Part shown: piece after piece, positions 1 to 13,260 of the stretch
How the letters are laid out: every line of letters starts with the position of its first letter
Position numbering within the stretch: the stretch's first letter is position 1
NCBI RefSeq assembly: GCF_026571515.1
Contig: NW_026856785.1
Span: 1-64,000 of the forward strand
Reading direction: 5' to 3'
From: Ruditapes philippinarum
Lineage: Eukaryota
DNA length: 64,000 bases
Program-made: the position numbers and the translations under genes
The notes under the pieces: model-generated
The model's database searches: none
Told to the model about the DNA's origin: nothing
Seen by the model: the letters and a program-made list of their open reading frames with translations, nothing else

Positions 1-1226
1 AGCCAGATACTATTTTCAATTCTTTTTTAAGCACTATCTGCAACAACAATAGTTTAATCAATGTAGGTTTCGACCAAAATAATTGTGGATGAAAATATGT
101 CAATAAGAAATAGCATTTCTAAAAAGCTTTTCGACAAATTTATATTTTAAGGATTTGAACTGACGTCCATGCTTAAAAATGAAACTTGAAAATCGTACAT
201 AGACTTAGTAGGGCACTAAAAACGGTTAGAATATACAAAAGATTTATAAACCCAGATGAATTGAGATTATAATTTAGTGCGATTTGAGTTATGCTTAGGT
301 CATTTTGCACTATAAAAATCCCTTTTTTGTCGAAAGAAAAAACGAAATGTGCGAATAATGAAATAGAATATTTACACACGTATATTGTATAGAAATGTAT
401 CAATAAGTAAGAGTTAAAATTTTGATAAACAAATATCAAGTCCCGGCATGTCAAAGAACATCCTCGGGGGTCGTTTCTTTAGAAAAGACAAATGTGTATT
501 TCATACTGTTTTAATAATAAATGAAGAGCATGTTGGACGCTTTTTACCTGAAGAAAGGAAAGTGGCATTAAATGTGAAATAATATCTCATGAAAGTAGCA
601 AAATGTAAACAATGTGATATTATTTTAACTTCCATATAAAATGCTAAATCACTCTGTGTTGAATTACAAGATGTAAATGAAGCTTCAAATTATCTTGCTA
701 TACGACCAATATGAAACTGCAACAGAACACTAGGACACTAGGAGAGATAACAATATCTTGTTTTTGGGCTAAATGGGCCTTTGAAGAAACTATTTCTTTG
801 AATAGTAAAAAGATTACAAGTCTGCTGAAGCGTATATTGCAAGCCGTATAATTCTATACATTTTCCCTAATGGACAAACTCAATAAAACCAAGTCTACGA
901 TTTTTAACAATTTGTATTTATTGTCTTTGCATGTGAAGGATCTTCCATTTTCTGAAAATTTACACTCACAATATTGTCGATCTGGCAACTTCCATTTCTG
1001 TAACAAAAACAATTTAAAATTATGTCACTTTTTATAAAAAGATACTTAATTACATATTAATAAAGTCGTTTCCACACTTGACAAATGTCTTATTCTTTCA
1101 GTTCAGACTAAGATTCTGAAAATCTGTTTAAAAAAGTGTTTATACCCTATACATGTATCCGCCAAAATATAACTATCAAGAAAACGATGTACCAAATATC
1201 TTTTTTCACTAAAGGTTTGTACAGTC

Positions 1227-1793
1227 CATCGTCGGATACCCACGGCCGAACCATTAACATTTATCAGCCGTGGGATTTTTTGCCGATATTCAGTCGATTA
1301 GAGGTGTGTCAAAAGCAGCTATTTCATTGGCTGCCTCACGATTTCATGAGGCGATTAAAACCAGTCAAAACGCTCGTTCTGTTCGACGTTCGGTATAACA
1401 GACACTAATATATTGCGACAACCATAGGCGACGTAAAAAAGGTCAACATCGAAAAATTAAACGATTTCCAACAAGAAAGCATGGATAATTTACTTTTACA
1501 GCGTGATGTTTTCCTTTCTGATTGATATCTGCTTGCAGAAGAACTGATTTGCCGATAGTTTTTGCCATTGATTTTAGCAAGACACGTACAACAGTTTTTT
1601 ACCGTGGGCGCTGCCATTTTGTTTCTTATTGTTTTTTACCTCCGCTGTTGAAGAATATAGATTTGTTAAACGCGATGTCATTGGTGGATATTTTACGCAC
1701 CTGTTGCTGTATATCGACGCTAATCGAATCATTTTACCCACGGTTGATTGCATGTTATGTAACATGTTTATCAATCGTGGGTATCCGACGATG
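1227..1793. mobile_element. Non-autonomous hAT-like MITE (567 bp)
   Basis: Perfect 18-bp TIR CATCGTCGGATACCCACG at 1227-1244 and 1776-1793. 8-bp TSD GTACAGTC/ATACAGTC. The paralogous empty site has a single ATACAGTC at 22805-22812. Confidence 0.9.
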
Positions 1794-3029
1794 ATACAGT
1801 CGTGTATGCTAACTTTATTGCATACAAAAGCGGATTTATATATTGGTTAAATTCACACACATATGTAAATCAATAGAATTCAGGTCTGTTGATTGGAGAA
1901 GCTGCTACATAAAAAGAATTTATCACCAACCAAGCAATTATACGTAGCGATGTACGTGCCATCCTGATTTTCATTTCTTCCTTGCATAAAACCAGTATAT
2001 AAATAAATTGCTCTTGAGGATGCTCAGTTAACGTTGTACAAAACCTCGTCTTCAAAACTATTTCAATAACACTGCAGTTAATGTTACCTTAATATCAGCT
2101 TCTTTCTATTTAAAGACAAAATCCCTTGTTTACCTGGTATTCGGATAAAGAACGAGCTTCATCCGAAAGAAACATAGCACTTAATTCATTTATAGATGTT
2201 TATTCAGCCAATTTGCTAATAGCAAGATATTAAGTCCAAGATTTTAAGGCATTACAAAACTTATATGGTGCATGGATTCAACATAAAATTAAACCCTAGT
2301 ATTCTATAACATGCACGAAACAATTATAAGAAGCTTCATTTTAAGGCAAATATTACAATGTCTCCATTTGCAACAACTATGTCATTGTTTTATGACTTCT
2401 ATTGTTTAAGCCTTGCAATGTCTTACAGACTGCCGAACATCACCATGGCATCTTTCACCAACAACGATGTCATTGAAAGTAAGACTCTGTCATTGTCAGG
2501 TGATCTCGTCTACCTTTCGGTGAAAAACTAGAGAGTAATATATGTTGCTTTGTGTTACTATGGGAGTCACATTTGTTTATCAAGATGGAGGTTTCACACT
2601 TAGAATATACGTATAAAATCCAAGACATAGATCCAAGATGGCTGATAGTTGAAGAACAACAAAGACAAAGCTTACTTTACTTTGAAAGAACAGTCATGAT
2701 ATAGCTCTATATCTTTTCTATTGTTTATAACAGACTGTTGTATTTAGGAAACATTGGTGCGTCAGTAAAGCGATGCTCTACGTACCATGTTCGTTATGTT
2801 GAGAAAAACTTTCAATTTTGCAAACTTATCATCTACTTTTTTCTAGACCAAAACGATCGAATCAGCCAAATGTTCATGGGATTATGCGGAATTTGAAAAT
2901 TAAGTTCAATTAACACATTTGTTAAATTGTTATGTACATATTAATATATTGGAAACGAATACTATAACACAAACATAATGTTATATAAACATAATCATTT
3001 TCTTTTGAGAAAAACAAAGCAGAGAATGA

Positions 3030-3265
3030 TTCGAATGTTTTAGTTGACTTAACCAACTTCATTAACAACATTTTATTGTAAGTAAGATTGTTGCCGTGTA
3101 CATTGATTTTATCATGCGTCTGATAATTTTACAAAGACTGGTGGATCGTTTCCTTTCTTTTACTGTTCTATTACTTTTCCAAAAAATGAATGTATACTAG
3201 AAAGATACCTGAACTGTTCCCTTACCAGTGGAGCTTGAATGTCGCCGTATGACTGTAACCCTTAC
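3030..3265 (+). mobile_element. Old decayed SINE in the spacer (paralogs near 12180-12400, 23945-24150, 35770-35995)
   Basis: Aligns by eye to the SINE at 44556, e.g. ACCAGTGGAGCTTGAATGTCGCCGTATGAC vs ACCAGTAAAGCTGGAACGTCACCATATGAC. Confidence 0.6.
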
Positions 3266-3930
3266 AAATTGATAATAAAATTTAAATGGATTGTTTGTTT
3301 GACCCTGAAGAAAATTTTAAACGAACATAGTTATTATGACAATCCTTCATTGCCAAGCTGTTGTCTTAACATGTACTTAAATTGCGATGTCTAAAAAGGA
3401 ACGCTTCGTGAATGCAATCGGAACCATCTTTTAAAACTTAACAAGTTTTATTTGAACTCTTGCTCATTCGAAACAAAGATCCTCCGCATAACAAAACAAC
3501 GTACAAAATTATCTAACATAGAAATCTTAAAACATCCTTTTGATGTTGCATTAATAGAATTAAAATACACAGTATTTACGTGTCAAAAAGAGATACTATT
3601 ACGCGAACATTCGTAATATTTGTTTCAAACGTGCGAAATCCTTTGTCCCGTCAGAATTTTTTTACAGCAGTTATTACCCATGACCAGTACAGAAGCGTCG
3701 CGTGACATACTCGCTGTTGTGTGTGTGGCGAGAACGGGGGGGGGGGGGGGCACTAACGACATTTTTAAATGTAAAATATATTTTTCAAACTCGTATACGT
3801 GCAAAACATAACAAAACATAACAATTACAAGACCATGTATCTACTTCACGTACTTACGATGTAATTGAATTTACAAATAAAAAGAACATACTACTCTGGC
3901 CGTGTCACTTACTTAAATAGATTGGCAGGA

Positions 3931-4345
3931 TCGGGAAGGAATAAAGAGACAGTGTTAGATAATATAATAAAGAGTGCTTTGTTCGTAAGTATGATCCTTG
4001 AAATTACATGAAATAATTCAATAATATATTATTTTTATATTTACCTAACTGAAATAAAATTCGTTTACAATTTTCATTTTAATTACATTTTTTTTTTCAG
4101 CTGACAACAAGTTGTTTAGTGATTTTTATTGTTACTGCTTGAAATACACTACTGTACCGAGGTATTTGATTTGCATTTTTATTATGCACGTATCATAATG
4201 CTTTGACAAAAGTGAACTATTTTATTTATGTTTTGTTTTAAAATTTCCCAATGTACACAGTAATCGAATTTTTTACGAAAGCAACTTTTTATACAATATT
4301 GTTATATATTACCTGTCCAAATAACCATATAATGATAACATCTAG
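3931..4345 (+). promoter_or_regulatory. Putative core promoter and 5'-UTR exons of lectin copy 1 (paralogous blocks at ~12925, 19155, 27810, 36665)
   Basis: Conserved GGAATAAAGAGACAGT (TATA-like) ~30 nt before (T)ACAGTG/AGAGTG, then GTTC|GTAAGT donor at 3985, polypyrimidine-CAG acceptor ending 4100, GAG|GTATTT donor at 4162 and TAG acceptor ending 4345. Inferred from conservation and splice consensus only. Confidence 0.5.
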
Positions 4346-4347
4346 AC

Positions 4348-6184
4348 ATGCTGCTGGGCTTTGGAAATATGAAGACTGCTGTAGCATTGCTGTTTGCTGT
4401 AACAAGCCTAGTGTCAGGCGTTAATGCAAGAGGTAAAAAGATTTATAAAAGCTAAAAATACACTTAGCTCACAGCATTTATAGAAGTGAAAGTTCCAGAA
4501 TGACTTTTCGCTTCAAATTTATGACATTTTTCCTCGTTGGAATGTGTTGAATTATTAAATTTTAGATATTTAGATAATGAGTGCTAAATAAATTACATGC
4601 TAATTATTTATTATGTAAAGTATTAAGTACAATGCATACGATTGATATAAATGCACGATTTTGTTTGTTAATTAATTTGATAAGTTTCCTTGTTGGTATG
4701 TACTCAATTAAGTGTATTTAATGTCAATAATTATTGAGGTCGATGCGGTTGATTTTAAGATTAGTTCTCCAAATTCTATACTGGCGAAGAAAGAACATTA
4801 TGGCTTATTTTTGTTATAATTATTTTAAATAATTGTCAACTGCCCAGCGGTATAGGTAGTAACACATTTTCTAAAATATGTTAAATGTCATACATCTATA
4901 ACAGCTAAAAAATGTTTAAGCTTGCTGCAAAGATGGCTGGATACCTTATCAAGGTCATTGTTACCACATTGGTTATGGGACGGATCTTACATTTTCTGAG
5001 GCACGGGTGAGGCAGACAATGAATATGTTTTTCTAGTATAGATACGACATAATAGTAATAACCTGAATGTACACATACATTTATATATATTGGTACTCAG
5101 ATAATTATTTTATCAACCAACTGTTTTTCCAGGTTAAGTATAATTCATTAGTATTTAGATAATTTTATTTATTTCTGTACGATCAAATGATGTTTCCTGG
5201 TATTTCAGTCGCATAGAAATCTATTCGTCAAAGTTGTTACCAAAAATGGCCAGATTCATTGTATTTTTGAGTTAGAAAAAAAATGAATCCGTCGAACTGA
5301 TTATTAATTATTGAGATACTCTGAAACTGGTAAACGTCTGATAATCTGTCATTATATGTACACCATTTCTTTATTGTTTCATAAAGGCGTACTGTCAACA
5401 TCGTGGTTCTTACCTTGTACGACTTGACACGTTTGCTGAATACACTTTCTTGGCTGGAATTTTAAAGAAAACTAACGGTAAGTGAATATTTTAACAGTTC
5501 CGTTTCTGTTGTATTTTTGTTGAAGATATAATGGTATATACACAGAAAAACGTTTTAGGAGGAATATCGCTATAGGTAAAATGTTTGTTTTGTGATCAAA
5601 ATCATACACGTGTACATACGTTGAATAAATAAAATAGCGAAAAAAATGGATGGATTTCCATCACTATAAATTTACAAAATTAGCATCACATCAATAGTTA
5701 ATGAAAAATTGAAATTGTCCAGTCTAAGAACCTTTTATTGTATGTTTTATCAGTTATTGCTTTAAATGTATTAAGGTTAAAATGAGTATGACAGCATAAA
5801 TGGCTTAATGTCTATTAATCTAGTACAGAAACAATTATTTCATTTACTTGTCAGTATTCATAAAACAGCTTTATTTATTTCTTTTACAAAAAGTAGGTCG
5901 TTGATATTCCTGTCGCTCTCATTCTGTATTAAATATTTTTTCTTGTTTCTTTATAAACAGCTGGACATACGTGGATGGGATTGACCGACATCTCTCATGA
6001 AGGGATCTGGAGATGGTTTGACACAAAAGAGCATGCTACATTCTCTGACTGGGGAGCAGGGGAGCCCAACAATGACAAGGGTGCTGAAGATTGTGTACAC
6101 TTCGGTTATAATCAGAACTACAAGTGGAACGATGTGTCATGCAGTTTTAAATTAAGACCATTGTGCGAAATTGAATTCAGATAA
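4348..6184 (+). CDS. C-type lectin copy 1 (secreted, perlucin-like, EPN/WND), ~161 aa. Coding exons 4348-4432, 4921-5006, 5387-5477, 5961-6184
   Basis: GT-AG splicing gives an open frame: MLLGFGNMKTAVALLFAVTSLVSGVNAR-ACCKDGWIPYQGHCYHIGYGTDLTFSEAR-AYCQHRGSYLVRLDTFAEYTFLAGILKKTN-AGHTWMGLTD...GEPNNDKGAEDC...WNDVSC...LCEIEFR*. Hydrophobic signal peptide and canonical CTLD cysteines. AATAAA at 6201. The second ATG (4369, MKT) is the start conserved across copies. Confidence 0.93.
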
Positions 6185-9100
6185 ATTGCAAACATTAATG
6201 AATAAAATTTGTTATTTGTTTAGTTATTATTCCAAGTGTATATTAACAAAGAACAAAGAACAGACAAGTTCATATTTCACAACAGCAGGTATCGGATGCC
6301 TTGTGGCAGCTGTATAAAGTTGCACATTTCTTCACTTCTTCACTCAAGCGTTTGTTCTGGCCTTTGTGGATCATTGACTCAAGAACATTAAGTATGAAAG
6401 TGGTTCTGCATATTCATATACGTTTATTGATTTATTGCTGCCAAGCGATCTCCGCATTTACAGACAGTATTTATGAAATTTTCAGCTTATAAAAAGAAGC
6501 GTGCCGTCAGCCTCAAAAATTATTACAGAAAATCTACAGTTGTACTATATTTCAAAATCGAAAATTCTCTTTAGAACGTTCATAACACTTGACATGTTTG
6601 CTTCGAAAACAGAATGTCCACTTTTCTGCCATTTGGATGTATATTCTTTTATTATACTACGAATTCTTTATGCGCGTACCGAATCCCGGGAAATTACGCA
6701 TTCAAATCAAACAGTGTATTTCTTCAAACAGCAAATATTCATGAACTTCATCAATGGACATCTTCAAAGTTGAAGCTGAAGCTGAACATTTTGATTCTCT
6801 TTGTCACCACACGCTATGTCGACACTAAATATCATTAATGTTATTCGTTATCGTTTGCAAAATTAAGTCTTTCTGATATTTAACGTCTGTACTTTTAAAC
6901 CATACTTAAGAAGTATTCTGTATTTTTTCTTGATAAAATCATTAACAATATCGCTTTGATCTTTTTGTCTGTATGTTATGTTGACAATCTAAAATTTAGG
7001 TTTTCTCATTTTACTACCAAGTCACCGTATTTTATGGAGAAAAATATTTATTGGGCCATTTCTATTTAACCCCTTTAATACCAAGCAAGTTTGAAGTTCG
7101 TTCTAAAATATATGACCCAACGGAGTCAAATTGTGCGAAAACGAAGTGATCGTGGTTAAACTTTTTCCGGACTGTTAAAGAACTTTATGGACATATACTG
7201 ACGTGTTTGGTCGTGAATATTGCTGCAGAACTTTGAGCCTAGTTATAATATTGGGCGACTATCCCGTTCTCCAATAAGACGAACACCTTACGTACTCTTA
7301 AACTGGATTCATGTATAACGAACGCATTTACAGTACTATGTTGGTACTAGTCACGTGAAATAACGCGATATGGTCGGACAACACTTAGCAGGTAGAGTTT
7401 ATACCGATTTGTCCGTTTATAGCTTGTTCACCCCTTGCACAGTCAGTCTTTGTTTATTGTTGTTTTGTTTTGTCAAATTCTGGAATATTCGAAACTTGTA
7501 GGATATTCATAGGAATGAAACAATTTTTTTATGAAACATATTCATTTATTTATCACATTCATGAGGTGAAGTTGTCGCTGTTTACCAAAGAAGACCTATG
7601 GTCACGCTGGGTATTGACGGAAAAAGCGCAAATGTGACTTTAAATATCTCAAATGACTGAGTTAAAGCGAATACCATTGGTTATGTAGTGTATTATTAAA
7701 ATTAAATTATGCAGCTCATTAATAGATCATTACACGAATTTATACAGAAGTGAGTTAGAAGTTTTGCCTTGTATACAAACTATGTATAAGTATGATGCAT
7801 ACTTGCAACAGACATGGGCATGTAGAAAATGTAATGTTGCAACCTTGTTCTTTAAAATATATAGATCACTTAACATTAATAGTATGTCTTCTAATTGGTT
7901 ATTGACTTTTAATATACAATTATGTTTCAAATTTTTGTATTACAACATATAGAGGAATTTGATGGCAAACAAATCTTGCAATTAATAATATCTCAAGACT
8001 TTTATGAGTTTAAGGCAAAATAAGTAAATCAGATATTAATATAGAAGTAAACTCCAGTTAAAACTGAATACTGTATTATTTTATTCAAAAGTACATTTTT
8101 TCGTCTTAAAAACCTTCAATGAATAGCGAGCGACAGACACAGCTTAAATTGAAGCATATATTTCCGGCGCATTTACTTAAGAAAAAGATCACGTTGTTGT
8201 AGATAGATAGATAGTTTTATTCTGGTAAAAATACATGTCATAAAACAACTACAAATTCAACGCAACATCAAGAGATACATGTAAACATGAAAGTGCATGT
8301 GTTGATGCCATATATTCAATACCAAGGATGACACAAAAAGAAGGCATAAGCCGACTTATTTCCATTGTGGTCCTTATAAAATAACATAATGTATAGACAC
8401 GTTAAAGGGCCCCCATTTAGTGTGATCATGAGGTGTCAGACGACTTATACATGCATATCAGACAGGATTATCTTCTGTATTCACCGGTGTAAGACAAACC
8501 TGTCTCACACCCCCATGTAAGAAAAATAGCGTGGTTTAATTGATGTCTTTCCCGCGCGCCTTTTATAAATGAATTGTGTTCATAAAAAGGCGTCATTTAG
8601 CCATTATGAATAAAGTTGTAAATTGATACGCTTTTATACACAGCCGGTGTAAGAACCGTATATTTCTATCGAACGGATTTGATTAGATGTTTTAAAAAAA
8701 ATCAATTCATTTTATTCACAAAGGCTAAACCATCTTTTGTCATTCTTAGTAACTTTTTTCAAAATGCTTGCAGTTATTTGTCCAGGAGAATCTTTTGTAA
8801 AAAAAAAAACAAAACAACAAATGTTCTATAAAAGACGAGAAATTACCTTTCGCCTAGACTTAGTAAAATTTGTTGTCAGTTTAATGTTGGCCAGACTGTA
8901 GAATATACTTACATGGTTATAGGTGGACCTGGGTTAATCTGTATTATTCATTAACAATCTTGAAACTATGAAATCACCTACCAGCATTTCAAATATTTTC
9001 ATATGTTTATCGCGTCAAATACCAAGAAATGTAAAATGTTACCAGTTAAAACCTTTAGTATCATTGCTTTTGTTTTCATTGGTTAAAATCCGGCTTTACC

Positions 9101-9643
9101 GTGATGTCGGTATCTGTTACTCTTTAAACAATATTTTCATGTTTATTCAGATTGTTATTACCAGATAATCTTCTGTTAATAAGTGAGTTGCATTTGTTTG
9201 GTTGAATATTTGTTATATGGTACATTTGATTAGACTATATGCAGGTTGTTATGAATTTATGTATACTGCTTACAACATATTATAAGAACGTCTAAACGAA
9301 TAAAGAGGCCTCGTTAATTTATTTTCGAAAGGAACTCGCGATCGATTGTTATAGTCTTTCGAAGTTAACAAAACTTTATTTTAACTTGCATAAACATAAT
9401 AAGGAAAATTAAGTTTTCCTGTAAAACATATGACTAGCGAATTTCAAATCTTATTTTAAACCCCCCTTGTTTATTATCGAGCTTCCTCCTTGATACTTAC
9501 TTACGTGATGGACATAGAAACAATATAATCCATGCAAAGATAAGAGAGAGAGAAAAAAAAATCGAAAAAAAAAACAAAAACAAAAAATAAAAAAGGTTAA
9601 AGTAAGGGATAAAGGGAAGTTTTCATTGATAGTATATTTGTTC
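6185..9643 (+). repeat. Duplicate of the copy-5 3' flank and copy-6 upstream region (39169-39520 plus 42872-46229)
   Basis: Colinear matches: GAAAATCTACAGTTGTACTATATTT (6528/42876), GAAGACCTATGGTC (7590/43371), ATAGAGGAATTTGATGGCAAAC (7949/43758), GGTTAAAGTAAGGGATAAA (9595/46185). Confidence 0.9.
8201..8376 (-). mobile_element. 3' tail fragment of a non-LTR retroelement (CR1/L2-like)
   Basis: Absent from the paralogous site at ~44040. The minus strand ends AATAAAA-(CTAT)3, i.e. a polyA signal plus a microsatellite tail. Confidence 0.65.
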
Positions 9644-12600
9644 AAAGAATTGTCTTTGAGTTTTTTTTAATTTGTTCTTACTTTTACAGCAGGTGTCGAG
9701 TGTCTTTGAACAGCTGTAATTTGCTTCACTCTCGCGTTATGTTTTTTTTTCCGGCTCTTCTGGACCATTGATTCTAGCAAATTTAGTGTTATTTTTAGCA
9801 GTGTAGAAAAAGAATTGTCTTTGAGTTATTTTAATTTGTTCTTACTTTTACAGCAATTCCTGAATTGTTCAAGGACATAAAAAAGTTTGTGTTTTTGGAA
9901 CACAGATCCTACCGATAGAAACCCTTATGACCTTGAATCCTTTTTTTCTAAAGATATCAGCGTTTTATTTTGAAACAGATTTAAAGTAAAAAAAAACCGA
10001 CAACAACAAAAGAAAAAAAAGAACAACAGTTAACCAAGCTGACTTATGTTCTGAGACTGTCCTAGCCACATACTATTTTCAATTCTTATTTTAAGCACTA
10101 TCTGCAACAACAATAGTTTAATCAATGTAGGTTTCGACCAAAATAATTGTTGATGAAAATATGTCAAAAAGAAATAACATTTCTTAAAAGCTTTACAATA
10201 AATTTATATTAAAAGGATTTGAACTGAGGTCCATGATTAAAAATGAAACTTAAAAATCCTACATAGACCTAGTAGGGCACTAAAAGCGGAAAGAATATAC
10301 AAAAGATTTATAAACCCAGGTGAATTGAGATTGATACTTAGTGCGATTCTTAGTCCGATTTGAGTTATCTGTAGGTCATTTTGCACTATAAAAATCCAAT
10401 TTTTGTTGAAGAAAAAAACGAAGTGTGCGAATAATGAAATAGAATATTTACACACGTATATTGTATAGAAATGTATCAATAAGTAAGAGTTAAAATTTTG
10501 ATAAACAAAAATCAAGTCTCGGCATGTCAAAGAACATTCTTGGGGGTCGCTTCTTCAGAAAAGACAAATGTGTATTTCATACTGTTTTGAGCATGTTGGA
10601 CACTTATTACCTGAAGAAAGGAAAGTGGCATTGAATGTGAAATAATATCTCATGAAAGTAGCAAAATGTAAACAATGTGATATTTTAACTTCCATATAAA
10701 ATGCTAAATCACTCTGTGTTTAATTACAAGATGGAAATGAAGCTTAAAATTGTCTTGCTATTTGAGCAATAAGAAACTGCAACAGGACAGTAAAAGAGAT
10801 AACTATATCTTGTTTTAGGGCTTAAAGGGCCTTTGAAGAAAATATTAGTTTTGAATAGTCAAAAGATTACAAGTCTGCTGAAGAATATATTGCTAGCCGT
10901 ATAATTCTAAACATTTTCCCTAATGAACAAACTCAATAAAAACCAAGTCTACGATTTTTAACAATTTGTTTTTATTGTCTTGAGGATCTTTCATTTTCTA
11001 AAAATTTACACTCACAATAATGTCGATCTGGCAAATTCCATTTCTGTAAAAAATACAATTTAAAATTACGCCACTTTTTATAATAAGATACTAACATATT
11101 AATAAAGTCGTTTCCACACTTGACAAATGTCTTATTCTTTCAGTTCAGACTATGTTTCTGAAAATTTGGCAAGTGTTTATACCCCATATCCGCCAAAATG
11201 TAACTATCAAGAAAACGATGTACCAAATATCTATTTTCACTAAAGGTTAAAACAGTCGTGTATGCTTACTTTATTGCATACAAAAGCGAATATGTATTTT
11301 GGTTAAATTGACACACATATGTAAATCAATGGGATTCAGGTCTTTAGATTGGAGAAGCTGCCCCATAAAACGAATTTATCACCAACCACACAATTATACG
11401 TAGCGATGTACGTGCAATACTTATGTTCATTTCTTACTTACATAAAACCAGTAAATAAATAAATTGCTCTTGAGGATGCTCAGTTGACGTTGTACAAAAC
11501 CTCGTCTTCGAAACTATTTCATTAACACTGCAGTTTATGATACCTTTATATCAGCTTCTTTCTATTTAAAGACCACATCTCTTGTTTACCTGGTATTCAG
11601 ATAAAGAACGAGCTTCATCCGAAAGAAACATAGCACATAATTTATTAACAGATGTTTATTTAGCTAATTAGCCAATAGCAAAATATTAAGTCCAAGACAA
11701 AATTTATATGGTGCATGGATTCAACATAAAATCAACCCTAGTATTCTATAAACATGCACGAAACAATTATAAGAAGCTTAATTCTAAGGCAAAAATCACC
11801 GTGTCTCCATTTGCAAGAACTATTTCATTGTTTTATAACTTCTAGTGTTTAAGCCTTTCAATGTCTAACAGACTGCCGAACATCGCTATGGCACCTTTCT
11901 TCATTGTAAGTACAGTTCAATTGATGTCATTGTAAGTAAGACTTTGTCATTGTCAGGTGATCTTTTCGACCTTTCGTTGAAATACTAGAGAGTAATATAT
12001 GTTTCTTTGTGTTACTATAGTAGTCACATTTGTTTATGAAGATGGAGGTTTTACACTTAGAATATGCATTTGTTATGTACAAATTGAGAAACTGGAAACG
12101 AAAACTATAATACAAATATACTGTAGTTTAAACATTATCATTTTCTTTTTAGGAAAACAAAACAGAATGATTTGAATGTTTTTAGTTGACTTTACCTACT
12201 TTAATAACAACAATTTATTGTAAGTCAGACAGTTGCAGTATACATTGATTTTATCATGCGACTGATTAATTTACAAAGACTAGTGGATCGGTTCCTGTCT
12301 TTTACTGTTCTATCACTTTTCCGAAAAAAGAATGTATACTCGAAAGTTACCTGAAATGTTCATTTACCAGAGGGGTTAGAATGTCGCCGTATGACTGTTA
12401 CATGTAAATTGATAATAAAATTTAAATGATTGTTTATTTGACTCCGGAGAAAATATTTAACAAACATTATTATTATTATAGCATTCCTTCATTGCCAAGC
12501 TGTTGTCTTTACGTGTTCTTAAATTACGATGTCTAAAAAGGAACGCTTCGTCAATATAATCGGAACCATCTGTTAAAACTATAACAATAATTATTTGTCC

Positions 12601-13260
12601 TCTTGCCCATTCCAAACAAAGATCCTCAGCATAACAAAACAACTTACAAAATTATCTAACATAGAAATCTTAAAAAACACCCCTTTAAACAAATTATTTA
12701 CAGCAACTATTTTCCATGACCAGTACAGAAGCGTTGCGTGACACGTTGTTTGTGTGTGGGGGATTGTCAACTTTTTTGACACCTTTTTGAATGTAAAAAT
12801 ATGTTTCAAACGTGAAAAAGGCATAACAACAGCAAGATCATGTATCACTTGTGATGAGATAGCATTTACAACTAAGAAGAACAAACTACTCCGGTCGTGT
12901 CACTAACTAAATGAGATTGGTAGGATCGGGGAGGAATAAAGAGACAGTGATAAATAGTATACTGTACAGAGCTTGAAATATTATGAATCTTTATTTAAAT
13001 AACAATTCTTTTAAGCCGACAATTATTTGTTTACTTATTTTGATTGTTATTCTTTGAAATTCACTGCCGATGTATTTGATTTGCATTTTTTTATATACGT
13101 ATTATCATTCTTTGACAAAAGAAACTAGTTAATTTATATTTTGTTTTAAAGTTTCCAAATGTACACCGTTATTAAAGTCTTTACGAAAGCAACTATTTAT
13201 ACAATATTGTTATAATTATATAACATATCTAAATAACTATATTTTAAAAAACATATAGAC

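Noticed and set aside
173-454. Recurrent 93-109 aa minus-strand ORF (also 10237-10530 and 21792-22121)
   Set aside because: It recurs only because the spacer was recently duplicated. It has no recognisable domain, relies on non-ATG starts and is not preserved in type-B spacers.
6050-6130. Diversity-generating-retroelement-like mechanism for the lectin loops
   Set aside because: No template repeat and no intact RT in the window, and substitutions are not adenine-restricted.
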